Below are positions 24,821 to 38,069 of a stretch of DNA of 64,000 nucleotides, in pieces. Source of the stretch: Lama glama (Eukaryota). Each line of letters starts with the position of its first letter. Position 1 is the stretch's first letter. Where the stretch lies: positions 17,238,001 through 17,302,000 of the forward strand of contig CM052817.1 in NCBI GenBank assembly GCA_028534125.1, in the 5' to 3' direction. The notes under the pieces are model-generated. The model saw nothing but the letters and a program-made list of their open reading frames with translations, made no database searches and was not told the DNA's origin. The position numbers and the translations under genes were made by a program.

Positions 24821-25232
24821 GCTGCTGTTATTTGTTATTAACTGTGACCATCCTTACCCTTCTCTCTCCCGTCTCTAGAATAGGGCCACTGAGCCAAGAA
24901 AGCCAGCTATCGTGCAAGCCTTTCCTTCTTCCCCACTAGCTCTTAACTGCTCAGCTGGAAGCAGTGGGGTCAAGGCACTGGGTGGCAAGTTCATTGCTGG
25001 ATTTGGCCTAAAGGACTTCAGACCCTGATGACTGAGCTGTGATTCAGCCGGTCACCTCCCTTGCCGTCCCTCTCACGCCCTCCAAACACATAGTAGGTAA
25101 CACAGGTCCTGCTCTGGGCTGAGCTGTGAAAGCAAGGAAGACCTATGATTCTGCTACTAGATGACCCTCTCTGTGCCCCGCAGAGACTCCCGAGCAGCAG
25201 ACCCATTCACCCGTCAACCTTTTGTGTTTCAG

Positions 25233-25844
25233 ATTGCCCTGTGCCACTTTTTCTTCAACATCTCAGGAATCTTGTTGTGGTACCCAATCCCATTCACCCG
25301 CCTGCCCATCCGCCTGGCCAAGGGGCTGGGCAGCATCTCCGCTAAGTACCGCTGGTTTGCCATCGTCTACCTGATCATCTTATTCCTCCTGGTCCCGCTG
25401 TTAGTGTTTGGCCTCTCACTGGCTGGCTGGCCGGTGCTGGTGGGCGTGGGGGTGCCCATCATCTTCGTGATCTTGCTGGTGCTGTTCATCAGGCTCCTGC
25501 AGTCCCGCTGCCCACGCGCCCTGCCCCGGAAGCTCCAGAACTGGGACTTCCTGCCCTTGTGGATGCACTCGCTGAAGCCCTGGGACAGGGTGATCTCCAC
25601 GCTCACCAGCTGCTGCCAGCAGCGCTGCTGCTGCTGCTGTGGCGTGTGCTGTCGCGTCTGCTGTCAGCTGTGTGGCTGCCCCAATTGCTGCCGCTGCAGC
25701 GGGTGCTGCAAGGACCTGGAGGAGGTGCAGGATGTCCCCATTAAGTCCCCCCAGGCTTTTGATAACATGGCCATGGACAAAGAGGACCAGGACGGGGTCC
25801 CCAAGTCCACGGTGGATACAAAGATCACCATCACAGCCTTGTAG
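25233..25844 (+). CDS. SLC34A2: SLC34A2 exon 13 coding part: [27 protein letters not shown]...Cys-rich tail...TKITITAL*
   Basis: tttcAG acceptor, 612 nt to TAG; spliced CDS totals 2067 nt = 688 aa; C-terminal class I PDZ-binding motif T-A-L. Confidence 0.98.
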   Translation: MALCHFFFNISGILLWYPIPFTRLPIRLAKGLGSISAKYRWFAIVYLIILFLLVPLLVFGLSLAGWPVLVGVGVPIIFVILLVLFIRLLQSRCPRALPRKLQNWDFLPLWMHSLKPWDRVISTLTSCCQQRCCCCCGVCCRVCCQLCGCPNCCRCSGCCKDLEEVQDVPIKSPQAFDNMAMDKEDQDGVPKSTVDTKITITAL

Positions 25845-27720
25845 GGCGGGGCTGCCTGGAGGTAGGAAGAGGGTCCCACAGCCCACACACTCATCCTCCT
25901 TCCTGGTTCTGCATGCCTTCCTCCAACTCCACCTCCATGGGGATTTTTTCCCCATCGAGAAATGACATCCGTCCTCACTCGCATCCCCTTAGCCTAGTGT
26001 ATCAGCCTACACGGTAGTTCCATCTCAGCCCCGCGCTCCCGCTCCCTGGGTCTTCCATACCCAGGATGGCGTAGAAACACACTGGGGAAACCTGGCCAGA
26101 GAGATGATTACAGTCACCCCTGCACACAGACGGGCTGGTCACTGGGACTTTTTTTTTTCCTACTCAAGCCATCCTCTTCCAAAGGAAAAGCCCCAAGGAA
26201 GGAATTTATGGAAGGTTCTCAAAGGCCCATAAATACACATACTTTTTCTTTATCCTGATACAGCTCAGGCTTCTGACAGCTTCAGACCAATGACAGGCTT
26301 TAATAACCAAGAGAGGCTGCTCCCGGGCGTGCTTGCCCCACAGCAGCCCAGTTCAGGGGAAACAGTGTAACTGTTTGGGGACTTGGAGGAGCCTTTGCCG
26401 CTTCACGTTGCGGAGCAATGCTCCCCAAATCCCCTGTCAGAGTTTTCTCACCTGGGCAGGGATGGCCAGTCCAAGCCATTTATCTGCTGTGCCCTCTGAG
26501 TTTCCAAGATGGGAGCCACATCTGAGCTGCAGAGAGGGGTTCAGAGAGCTGCGGCTCAGTCTTCCTAAGGAGAGAGTGGTCCTGCCTGTGAGCTGGCAGG
26601 TGGAAGAAGAGAGCAAGGGAGCGGTGAACATCTGGGGGAGATGGTTAATCTGGCTAATTTAGAAGCCAAATTGGCTGACACTTTGGCTAAAGCCTAGTGC
26701 TACTCTCTTGTTCAGATAAAAATCATCTCAGCCGAGTCTTTTGGAATAAGATATGCAGGTTCTCCGAGTCCCCTCCACTGTGCCACCTTGGATCCTAGGA
26801 GGTGCGTAAACATGGAACAGTTCTACACCTCTCTGCCGCATCGCTCCCTGTGCAGGATGACAGACTGGGTCAGCTTTTGGTGATCAGCTTCTGTCCATAC
26901 ACCCAGCCATCTGTCCCTCTAAGCCAGAACCCTTTTTTCAAACATTCTCCCATATCCCCATAGACGAACTTTGATTTTCTGTCCTCTCACCATGCCTGCA
27001 AAGCTCAAAACTTCTCACTTGGGAAAAATCAAGGGCAGAAATCAGGGCATGACAATAGACTGCTCACAGAACCACAGAATCATCAGGTGGCAGTGGGGAC
27101 TGTGTGTGTCTGTGGGTCCAAGGAGTGTGCCCCTTGTCCCAGATGCCTTCTCTGTGCCTTCTAGAGCCCCTCGTTGTATTTATACCTCCTTTTTCCATTG
27201 CTCCTTACCCTCAGTTCTCCTGGAGAGTTTCAGCTGAGTCTGGGAAAAGGTGTCAGTGCAGTTGTGCACCAAGACCCTGCTCTCCCCTCTCCCCACCCTC
27301 ACTTCTCCATCCTTTTCACAGGTTGGGGTACCAAACTGAGCCTCCCCTGATCTTCCCTGTATAGATATCGATTCCCAACCAGAGCCATTAATACTATATA
27401 TTTATACTCATGCAACTGTACAGCATTTTTCATAAGTTATGTAGTAAATAGTACTGTGATTTGTGTTATGAAGTGCTCTCCTTTGGAGACAAGGCCGGGT
27501 TCTACTAAGACCACCTTTGTATATTTTGTAATTCTGCTTTTTAAATATGCTTCTCCAGCCACACCCATGCCATACACCCTGTAAATATGTAAGTTAAGCG
27601 TGGGCAGGGCTGTGGCACTCTTTATACTCTGATTTTAAAAAATTGAATCGTTGTACCTGCATTGATTGTATTTTTTTACTGGTTGTGGGACCTGAGAAAT
27701 AAACAAGATAATCAAATCCA
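25845..27720 (+). other. SLC34A2: SLC34A2 3'UTR (~1.9 kb)
   Basis: Repeat-free stretch from stop codon to first AATAAA; AU-rich distal part. Confidence 0.7.
27698..27703 (+). terminator. SLC34A2: Polyadenylation signal AATAAA of SLC34A2
   Basis: First canonical hexamer I can find after the stop; upstream TGTA motifs and downstream GT/T-rich ttggtttgcttt. Confidence 0.75.
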
Positions 27721-28644
27721 AAAGGATTGGTTTGCTTTCAGTTACAGGGAAATACAGGCCTCCTGGATCTATTTTCTAAAAATTTCAGGGCTTTTCCCTC
27801 ACTGAACGTCACCACTCACCTACAGCTCCAGCTGCAGGATTTGTGGGGCCCCTCATTCAAAAAGTGGGGAAAGTGCCCATTAGAGGCCCAAGGGTATCAA
27901 GATTTCCTTTCTTCCACTGTCTCTCTTGACTCATCTTCTTAAAAAATTGCTATTTAATGCCGTTCTAAGTTGAAAATTTTACATTTAAATCATTAGTGTG
28001 AATTTTAAGGTTCTCTTTGTATTGTGTGATGCCAGCTTTAAATGCAAGCAAGAGCTTTTTAAGTGAAACGCAGTGTTCCCGGAATCACACAACTCACATT
28101 TGGTAGCTCATAAACATATTTCGTTCCTACCAGAACCGCCGGGACACTGCACAAAACTGACTCAACTGTTTTCGTTTCTTGATGTGTGCACACTCTACAG
28201 ATGCTCCCTACCTTGCTGGTGAGTAAGGAAGCAATGAAAGGGAGAAGAACCTCAGGCCGCCCTGATCTTCTGTGTCACTTCCAGCCGTGGGTGGGCTGCT
28301 AATGCAGGGAAGTAACACGAATGACAAAGGATACGATAGGGTTTCTCAGTCATCTCTTTTGTTGTATTTGAAGAAAATTCTGGCGTGAACAGAAAGCATG
28401 GCTTCTTGGGGTGATCAGAGGCCCCGCTCAATCAGCTGGAGACATAACACACTGGTCCTCGCTGTACCCTCACTCATCGTGGGTCTACTGGAGTTCCATA
28501 CTCATGGCGCCTTGCCAAGGCCAGTTGTGAGTGGGACGGCAAAGAACCGCGGCCACACCTATGGCCGTTTGCCTCTGTTCACACCCATGCTCTGTTGTCC
28601 CTTTGGAACTAACTTACAAAACTGGAAGGTAAAAGATAAAATTA

Positions 28645-29199
28645 GGTCCTTTGCAGCAACATGGATGGACCAGGAGATTGTCATACGAAGTGGAGCAAGC
28701 CAGAAAGAAAGAAAAATACCAAAGGATATCACTTCTATGTGGAATCTAAGAAAATGACACAAATGAACTTACTTACAAAATAAAAACAGACTCACAGACA
28801 TAGAAAACAAACTATGGTTTCTCGGTGAGGAAGCAAGGGTTGGGTGGAGAGATAAAGTGGGAGTTCAGGATTTGTAGACAATAACTGCTATACGTAAAAT
28901 AAACAAAGTGCTACTGTAGAGCACAGGGAACTATATTCAATGCCTTGTAATGGCCTATAATGAAAAAGAATATGAAAAGGAACATATAGATGTATAACTG
29001 AATCACTGTGCTGTACAGCAGAAATTAACATAATGTTGTAAACTGACTATATTTCAAATTTTGGGGGGGGTAGGCAATTAGGTTTATTTTTACTTATCTT
29101 TTAATGGAGGTACTGGGGATTGAACCCAGGCCCTAATGCATGCTAAGTATGCACTTTACCACTGAGCCAAATCCTTTTCCCTTATACTTCAGTTTTTCA
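28645..29199 (+). mobile_element. 5'-truncated L1 with 14-bp TSD
   Basis: tttgcagcaacatggatggacc (ORF2 end) through 3'UTR; TSD aaaagataaaatta (28631-28644) / aaaagatgaaatta (29200-29213). Confidence 0.88.
29063..29182 (-). mobile_element. tRNA-Ala-derived camelid SINE inserted in the L1 3' end
   Basis: aatggaggtactggggattgaacccagg...gcatgctaag...accactgagc; TSD tatatttcaaatttt / tatacttcagttttt. Confidence 0.85.
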
Positions 29200-31755
29200 A
29201 AAAGATGAAATTATGAAGAATTGCAGGACCCTGACAGCATTTCAGCCAAGAATGAGGCCCTTCTGGGCATGGGGGTCCTATGTGACTGCATGCTCAAGCA
29301 CCTGGCTCTGCCCACCACCCCATACCAATCAAAGTGTTAAGGAAGAGTTGATTTAAACTAAGAAATGTGTGCAAGGGGACTATAAATTGGTAGCGACTCT
29401 CTGCGGCAGCCGAAGCATGTACAGAGGGCTAGGTCAGCACCGTAGAATGATGCTCACTTGGGGACTGGTATCATTTTGGAGTGTTGGGATCCATTCCTGG
29501 CTGTGTCATTTACTAGCAAACCTATTAGCCTTTCTCAATATCAATTTCCTTATATGGAATATGGGACTTGACACTTGGCTTCCTGTGGTTATTAAAACAA
29601 GGTAATGTACGCAAATGTTTAGCCAGGGGGTGGTTTACTCTAAGTGCCTGGCATACAGTTATGCATCACAATATAGGGGATCAACATGCATGGCAGTTGT
29701 ACAAGATACATGCTTGTTTGAATTTTTCTTTCCCTGAGTATTTCCAAAGTGAAATGTCAAGTCAGGAAAGCTGCTATCAACCAAAGCCACCGAGGCCAGA
29801 ACTGACTTTGAATTCATTATTAGGATGAGTTGAACTAGTGTCACCTGACTCATCTCCAGCTGGACCTAGGGTCAGTCAGAGGACAGGGCTAAGAGGCAGG
29901 CAGGGACAGGATTCCTTAGCATTTAGGAAACAAACTCTTGTCCTGTAACGAATGACTCGCTTTCTGCTCCCAATCAAGGAAGTGGTAGTGGCATTGTTTT
30001 ACAAGGATTTTTATGGTATTTTTTCAATCAAGCTTAAAAATGCAATAGTCCTAGAGAGTTTACAGCCGTCGACATTGTCTTTTGCCCTATCCCTCCACGT
30101 GTCTTGTCTGGTCCTCCAGTAGCAACCCTTTCCGATTCTTTTAGTGTTTCTGGAATATTGCTCCATAATCATCATATGATTATAATGGCTTTTTCTTAAT
30201 GTGTCTATTCACCTGTTTTTCAGTAGATGAGGTTTAGCTTTCACACGGTCTGCCCACTGATGCCCATTTTCCAAACCAGTAGTCAATATTTATATTATTG
30301 TGATTATATGATTATGATTAAACTGCATAGAACTAAATAGCAGACAAACACTATTTTCGTTCTGGAGTTATTTATATCTGTGCTGTCAGATCTGTAAATA
30401 TTTTTTCTTTATTGCTCCAAAGTGTCTGATAAACTTTTGGTTTCTTTCTTTTACTTTCTTTCTTTTTCTTTCTTTCTTTTTTTTTTTTTTAAACTCTTAT
30501 CTTCTTGACTCAGTATGGAATAGTGGTTCTGTGTGCCTTTCAAGCAACTGTTATCATAGGCTTTGCCACTCTCCTAGGATGAATACCCTGTTTTCTTGAG
30601 TTTATATTTTATTTATTTACTGTCTAATGTGCTTGGATTACCCAAAACAGGGTAAACATTTTGAGTCCATGCATATATGAGAATTTATTTTGTCCTCACA
30701 GCCCAAAAAGTCCATCCCAAATTGCTGACCTATATTGTGAGCAAATAAAATGGTGGTTATTTTTAAGGCATTAAATTTTGGGGTTGTTTGTCACACAGCA
30801 CTATATAACTGATACAGAACCCACCCTTCCAAAGTGTAGACTTTTTCTTAAGTCCACTGTTCTTCCTGCACCTCATTTTCAACCACATGTCCTTCTTATC
30901 ATGGCTCCTTTGGTTTAATTCCTTCAAAGAAAAAAATTTCTCCTATCTCCTTCCTAGTGTGGTAGAGCAAACCGGGGGAGGATTATTTAATTATTAGCTT
31001 TAACTTAATGTTATTGATGTGTTGTATTAGAATAAATCATCCTCCTTGGGTACAGGCTACCATAAGCCTGTGAATAAATGGGCTAAGTTATGCTGCCATG
31101 ATATAAAATTGTGTTTCTTCATTTGGCTCAGGTGAATTATATAGATGGAGTGTTAGTGCTGAGATTTTAGCTTCACAGTCTTCAGTGGAGTCGTAGAAGT
31201 CAGTAAATAACCTCTCTTTCAGATGTTACTTGGAAGCAATTGAAAAATAAAACAGAAGATAGACTCATGGAGATGAAAACATCCATTTCTTTACTATGGA
31301 AGCTGATTGCAAGACGTGACTCTCAGCTCTGCAAAGGAGGAAAAAGCTTGCTAACATGCCACCCTTGAATTAAACCCATTTATTCACTCGGTCACAGGCA
31401 GATATGAATGGCACAGGTGTCCCCTATGGGGGCAAACCTGCCCTGAGGTTACGGGCAAATGGGACCCTGTGGGTTCTAAAACTGAGCATGTTGTGTTTCT
31501 TCTCCCAGACTCACCAGTAAGTTCAGTGGGATGCCCATACTGTGCCTGCGTGGGGGTTCCAAGGCAGATCTAGTTTCCCTTCGAACACTCTAGTTGGGGT
31601 TGGAGGGCCACCAGCTACAACTAACAGCAGCTGAGGCCCCTAGAGAGGTATCTCTGTGCATCACTTCATTGTCATCGGAGCCTGAAGTTACTTATCTCTG
31701 CTCAGTGAAGCAGATTCAGAGAACTTAGCTGATGGTCCCAACTGATGGATTTGAC

Positions 31756-32100
31756 ACTTACATGTGGAATATAAAAAATAAAACAAACTAGTGACTATAA
31801 CAACAAAAACACAATCATAGATATAGAAAACGAATTAGTGGTTACCAGTGGGGAGAGGGAAGCAGGGAGGGTCATAATATGGGTAGGGTATTGATTGAAA
31901 GGCTGCAAACTACTATGTATAAAATCAATAAGCTGCAAGGATGTACTGTTCAGTACAAGGAATCTAGCCAATATTTTATAACTATAAGTGGGGTATCATC
32001 TTTAAAAATTGTGAATCACTATGTTGTACACCTGAAACTTATATAATAAATTATATATACTTCAATTATATAAAAGGCCAATCAGATATACTTCAATTAA
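31756..32100 (+). mobile_element. L1 3' end (older subfamily)
   Basis: cacttacatgtggaatataaaaaa...tagtggttaccagtggggagaggg...gaatcactatgttgtacacctgaaact. Confidence 0.8.
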
Positions 32101-33094
32101 ATACAATTCACACTCAAATACATTTTTTAAAAAAGATGACAGGATTTGAATTCAAAGCCCAAGATTCTGTCCACTGAACCACACGCCTTGCCACTCAGTA
32201 CTCCAAGGTTACACACACCGGAGTTGAAGTGCAAGGCCTTCTGGGGGAAGAAGTTTAGGGAGAGTAGGTGGAAGAGTCCAGGGGTAAGGAATACAGGGCA
32301 CGGGACTCAAGCCTTACCGGATATGATAAACACGTACTGACACTCACCAGTTCCTGTCTCAAACACCCAGGGCCAGCTCCCTTGTCCTCACAGGCGCCCT
32401 GGTCCTTGAGTGAAGTATGTGTGAGGCACAGCGTGAGTCGAGGTAGCAAGTCACTCCCCAGATGCCCAGGGCTGAGGCAAAGGGGAAAAGTTTTCTCACC
32501 ACACGCCGCCTCAGAACCAGACGCAAGACTTGAGACTGGCTGGTGGAGGAAGGAAGGCCTTCCCTTTCTTCCCCCTGGAGTTTCAGTCCTGAGTAGCCAA
32601 TGGAGAAGCTTTGCTCAGGGGATGCTTACATCCCTGGCCCTGGGGCTACCCCTGGCCCTCACCATTCTGTCTAAAAACAGAGACGGGATCTTGTTCCTTC
32701 TTTGATCTTCCTATCACCCTCATGTTTGCTCCCCAAGAAAAATGGGAGAGGAAGGCATTAAAAATTTAGATGTGGCAGAGGAAGGCATTATCCAGAGATC
32801 TTTTTGAGATAGAGCAGGAAGTGAGGGTAGAAGCAGGCCAAGCGGTTGGTGGCCTGGGCAGAGGCTGGGGAAGGTTGGCCGTGACCATTAACTCCTGCTT
32901 CCCACCCCCTCACACGTTTCTGTCTGGCCGGCAGCCCCCATGTTTCCTCCCTCAGGCCTGGTGAGGCAGCTTCAGCGGAAACACTGAAGAGCAAGGTAGA
33001 AGGGGACTCTTTATCCTGTGTCTGAGAAGAAGTGGCTGGTGGCAGCAGAGAAAACGCTGTGTCTGAGAAGTAAGTGCAGTCCACTCTGCCGGCC

Positions 33095-33418
33095 AGTTGA
33101 TGTTCAAAATGGCTCACTCACATAGCGCTGGCTGGGAGCCGAGCTGGGGCTGTCAACCAGAGTGGCAGTTCTTGCTCATGTTGCCTCTCCATGTGGTGTG
33201 GGTTTCACAAAGTATGGTGACCAGCTCGAAAAGGGAAACGTGCCAAGAGTGGGAAAGAAGACACAAAAGATCTCTTAAGGTCCAGCTTTAGAAGTTAGTA
33301 GAGCATCGGTTCTGCCACATTCTGTTGCTCAAAGCAAGGCTAGTCCCAATTCAAGGGGAGAGGAATAGATTTCACCATCCCATAGGAAGAATGTCAAAGC
33401 CATCTTTAATCCACCACA
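33095..33418 (-). mobile_element. MLT1-family LTR fragment
   Basis: aatggctcactcacat...gcctctccatgtgg...cacattctgttg...attcaaggggagaggaatag...atctttaatccaccaca. Confidence 0.6.
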
Positions 33419-34269
33419 TTGTATTTGTGACTTAAGTGATCCTAAGACTTTTTTTTAACCTAACAGGGACTACAGAAATTGTGGGTTTTGATGAGGAAGC
33501 AAAGAAAGAATTTCCATTGAAAGAATTTTAAAATTCAGTGAAAGGAAAAAGTACGGTTGCATTCTGATTGTATATTGCTAGTCATATTTATTTAATTGTT
33601 CAATTATGATCATAAAAATAACAACAGAAAACAATATAGCACCAAATACAGCAAGCAAAATACAGGGAAAATTTGATAGAAAAAATTCATAAATGGAAAA
33701 TGTTTAGTCAAAAAAATTTTTTTAATTCTTCTTTTATAATGAAAAATTTCAATCACATAAAAAAGCAAGCAGAAAAATATAATGAATTCTTATGTACCTT
33801 CCACTAAGCTTCAACAATTATCAACTCAAACATAGTAGTTTTTCACCTATGCCCAACCCACTTCCTTCCTTCCCACATTGTTTTGAAACCAAGCTCAAAG
33901 ATCATGTCATTTCATTCATAAACATTTTAACATGGATTTCTATGAGACTGACTCAGGACTTTCTCAACATGCATTTCTAAATGATAAAAATGCTTTTAAA
34001 AAATACAGCATGATGGATGTTAACCCGATTTGTTGTGGTGACCATTTTGCAATATATGCATTCAACAAATCATTTTGTTGTACACCTGAAACTAAGTATA
34101 CAATAAACATTGGAATATGTCAATTGTGTCTCAGTAAAACTATTTTAAATCCAATGCCATTAGCACATCTATAAAAATTAACAATTTTTTTAAAGTAGTT
34201 GCGCATTTTAATACACCTCTATTTGACAGATTTAGCAATCATAAATAAATAAAATAGATAAGAGTATAG

Positions 34270-34770
34270 AGCTGCACTGTCCAATACAGCACATAGAGTC
34301 ACAGGTGTTGTCCACATTTGCCTTCTGTAACCAGGAAATTGAATTTTTAATTTTATTTAGCTTTAATTAATTTAAATATAAATTTTAAAATAAAATGATT
34401 CAGTGTCAACAATTTTTAAAGAATGTTGAGAACAACTTGGTTATGTGAATCTCCTTTTTCAACTGTAAGTTTTATAGGATCTAAATACAGATCAATAACT
34501 GATGACAATTTAGCATCTGAATTGAGATGCACTATAAATGTAAAACACACATTGGATTTTAAAGACCTATTATGAAAAATATCATGTAAATTATCTCAAT
34601 ATATTTTATATTGACTACATGTTGGAATAATAATATTTTTGATATAGTGGGCTAAATAAAATATGATAATTAAAATTAATTTCCCCTTTTTAAAACTTTT
34701 TTTAACATGGCTACTAAAAAACTTTAAGTCACATATGTTGCTCACAGAATATTTCTTTGGACAGCACTGA
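34270..34770. mobile_element. Charlie1-like hAT fragment
   Basis: gctgcactgtccaata...atgtgaatctcctttttcaactgtaagtttt...tctgaattgagatgc...tattttatattgactacatgttg...ttggacagcactg. Confidence 0.65.
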
Positions 34771-37700
34771 TACAGAAAGTCTGAATGATACAATCAATAA
34801 GATCAAGTTAATAGATAAATATTGGACTCTCTTTTTTCTACAAACCTAAAGCTCTTCCACTCACAGATAATTATGAAATTAATTATATATGTCCAACAAA
34901 AGCTAATATATTCCCCAAAGCACAAATTACTCAATGCACTCCCTAGTCAATATTAATAACACAAATAGGATCAATGGAAAAAGCCAATCCTATGAAAATA
35001 AAGGAATTCTCTCCTAAGTAATTCTTTTGTCAAAGATGAGACCAAAATGCAACTGTAAGATACTTAGAAAATAGCAGGAATGGGCACAGTACACAGCAAG
35101 CCTGTAGGACCCGACAAAGCTGTAATTAGAAGCAAATTCAAAGTGGCAAATGCTTTCATCATTAAACAGGCAAGAATGACAATAACAGAATGATGCAGTA
35201 AACTAAAGAAGCCAGAAAGCAAAGTAGCCTGGAGGAAGTCCAGAGAAAGGAAGTACAAAGATAAAATAGAAAAAAAATCAAATCAGAAAATGGAAGGGAT
35301 AAGTAAACAGTCTCAGATTTTTATAAACAACAATAAAATAGATAAAATTTCACTTAAGATCTATTTTTTAAAGGAACTTATAATAAAAAAGAAAGTGAAA
35401 AACTCAAATACCCACTATTAGATGCATAAAAGTAGCCCATATTTATCAAATATTTCCCATGTACCAGGTACTATGCACTTTACCTACTGTAGCTTACTGC
35501 CAACTTCCTTATGAACAACAAAGCATTAAAATCTCTGTTTTTCATTTTCTGCATTTCAGGAGCCAGGATCAGAGAAGTCAAAGTAATTTATCAATAATTG
35601 CTTAAAAGTAGTTGCACATTTTGGTATACCTCTGTTTGACAGATCTAGCAATCAATCATGCTTAGTTTTATGTACTGGAGTTTTGTTTAAAATTTTTGTC
35701 TCTCTTTATGTAAGTAAACATCATCTATCCCTTTAAAAAAAAAACAAACTTAGTGCCTGAATTAGCTTTAAAAATGGAATTGTGACACAGTCTAAAGTTT
35801 CTGCTCTTCCTTGTCCTAGAATAATTTCTTTATCATGGGGATTACTTATTCTTCAAAGATCTTTTTAAAAAGAATGTTCTCTTATAAGAACTCAGCCCAG
35901 CATTTTTGTGGAGGCAATCAGCTTTTCCTTCATGGTTAACTGCTTTGTTGAGGTTACCTATTTCTTGAGTCAAGTTTGGTGATTTACATTTCACGTGCGG
36001 CTCACATCCTTTGTAAGGATTTTTAAATATATCAGCATCAAGTCGCACCCAGAATTTGTAATTTTTATATATATAAAACACCAAATGCTGTTAGGTCAGG
36101 AATGTAAGAAGATTTAATATAAAACTTCTAAAGCTCACATCAATATCTGTTCTCTTGGCAGATAATTTTGAAAAAATTTAATAAACTCCAGTATCTATTT
36201 CTGATTGATTTTAAAAAGTAAACTTCAATTTAAAAAACATGCTTTCTTTTCATGATATAGAACATCTCTCTCAATAGCCAACATCTAACAGCTATAAATA
36301 AGAATTAACATCATGCTTAAAACACCAAAATCATTCCCATTAAAATCAGGAAGAAGACAAAGTCCCCACAGTTATTACCACCACAACTATTTACCATGAT
36401 TCCAAAAGTTTTAGCCACTTCTAAAGAAAGTGCAAAGAAATATCATTCACAATAGCAACGATGCCATTAGAAACCAAGGAAGAAATATGGAAAAAGAAGG
36501 ATTCAAAATTATATACACAGTATAATCTTTATTAAATAAAAAATGCATCGATAATAGGTAACTTTTTTATTATACTATCTTAAACTTTTCATTTAGCATA
36601 AGCATAAATTTTATAATCATAAAAAGATAAGCAAAAGCAACAAAATAAAAATTTAAAAATCCCTGGCAAGAGAGAGAGCTGGGGTGGGAAATGCGATGTG
36701 TTTGCAGTGTTAGGAGAGGGAGGGAAGATGGGAAAGAAGTAGACTTGGAACCAAGGTGCATGTCCTCCTCTCCGCATGATGACTTAGGAAATACTATTTC
36801 TTGGAATATGTCTCTATTCATCCAGAGCTGAACGTTAGGACATGGGAGTTCAAATTCCTCAGTGAGTCAGTCTGAAACTGGCAGGCAATTAGATGGCTGT
36901 AAAAGACACCAGAGGGCAAGCATGCTGTGTGATAAAGTTTTCCCATCTGGTTAAAGTCCTTTAATCCCAGATGGTGTGCAGACTGGGCTTCTGGGGCCCG
37001 AAACTGAATTGGGCTAATGGCCCAATCCTTCTCAGTGAGTGCACAGCCCCAGCTGAGGGCAGGGTGTCTTTGCTGGCCAACTTTTCACCTCCATTTTCGT
37101 AGGGCCAACCTAGAGACAGGGAGAAGGTGTTTGTGTGTGCGGATGTGTGTGGATGCACAAGTGTCACTATATTCTCCAGATGTTTCCTTTACAATTCACC
37201 CTCTGTCTAGGAGAACAGGAATTCTGGTTCACTCCCATCAAGGTCTGCAGGTCAACAAGAGGACTTACTTACACCTTTGGTGGTGACTGGTCACCTTTTA
37301 TTCCAAATTACCACCTTTTGTTCCAAACCACCTTTTGTCTCCTGCCCGCAGCTCCCGGTCGGGTCACCGCATTACTGCTCACTCGGTGTTGCTTTTACCC
37401 TTCATGCTCCTGAAGCACCAAGACTGTTATTTAAAGTCAGAGGCTTTCTTGAAAACTTGCCAATGTCGCAGGGTGGACAACGCAAGAAGGAAAACGTTCA
37501 TCTCAACTCAATCTGTTAGCTCCCCTATCCGGCTTTCCCCCTGGCTTACCTCCCTGCATCTCGGCCAGCTCCTTCCTCTCAGATCGTAGCCTCGGTTCAA
37601 TTTCCCCTTCGGCCAGGCCCAGGGACCTCCAATCTCCCTGCATCCCCGGTGACCACAGAGGAAGTCCCAAATCAATGAACATCCTGGCAAGCCACGCTGA

Positions 37701-38069
37701 CTCTTGGCTTTGCAGGACGGTGGAGCTGTTTCTTCAGACCTGCGGACGTCCAGGCCAGGCCCCGGCATGAGCACTGGGGAGGTTTTCCGCCACCAGAAGC
37801 GGCCCCTCCAGGGCCCCGTCTTCAGGATGCCTTCTGTGGGCCACGTGTTCCTGGAGTGACCACATTTTCACAGAACCGGTTAAAAGGCAGAACCCCGGGC
37901 CCATCCCAGACACTGCCATTCTGCAGGTCAAGGGCCAGGAATCTGCATTTTTAGAAAATGTTCCAAGTGATGCTGATGCTGGATAATCCTGAGATAAGAT
38001 TTGGAAGGACTCTGCCCCCAGCAAAGGGCAAAAATTTAGACCCTTTTTAATCAAGTTTGCCAGGCCTCA

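Larger units (their letters stand above)
27823..29310 (+). mobile_element. MER45-like hAT-Tip100 element, interrupted by L1 and SINE
   Basis: 5' ...tttgtggggcccctcattcaaaaag...tttcctttcttccactgtctctct; 3' attatgaagaattgcagg...ggcccttctgggcatgggggtcctatgtgactgca...ggctctg match recalled MER45 ends. Confidence 0.65.

Noticed and set aside
25416..25955. 179-aa Ala-rich antisense ORF over SLC34A2 exon 13
   Set aside because: Shadow of the GC-rich poly-Cys (TGC>GCA) codons; no promoter or splice support, although antisense RNAs are known at some SLC34 loci.
31490..31525. 8-nt micro-exon-like pattern tctcccAG|ACTCACCA|GTAAGT
   Set aside because: Lies beyond the SLC34A2 poly(A) signal with no host transcript; likely chance.
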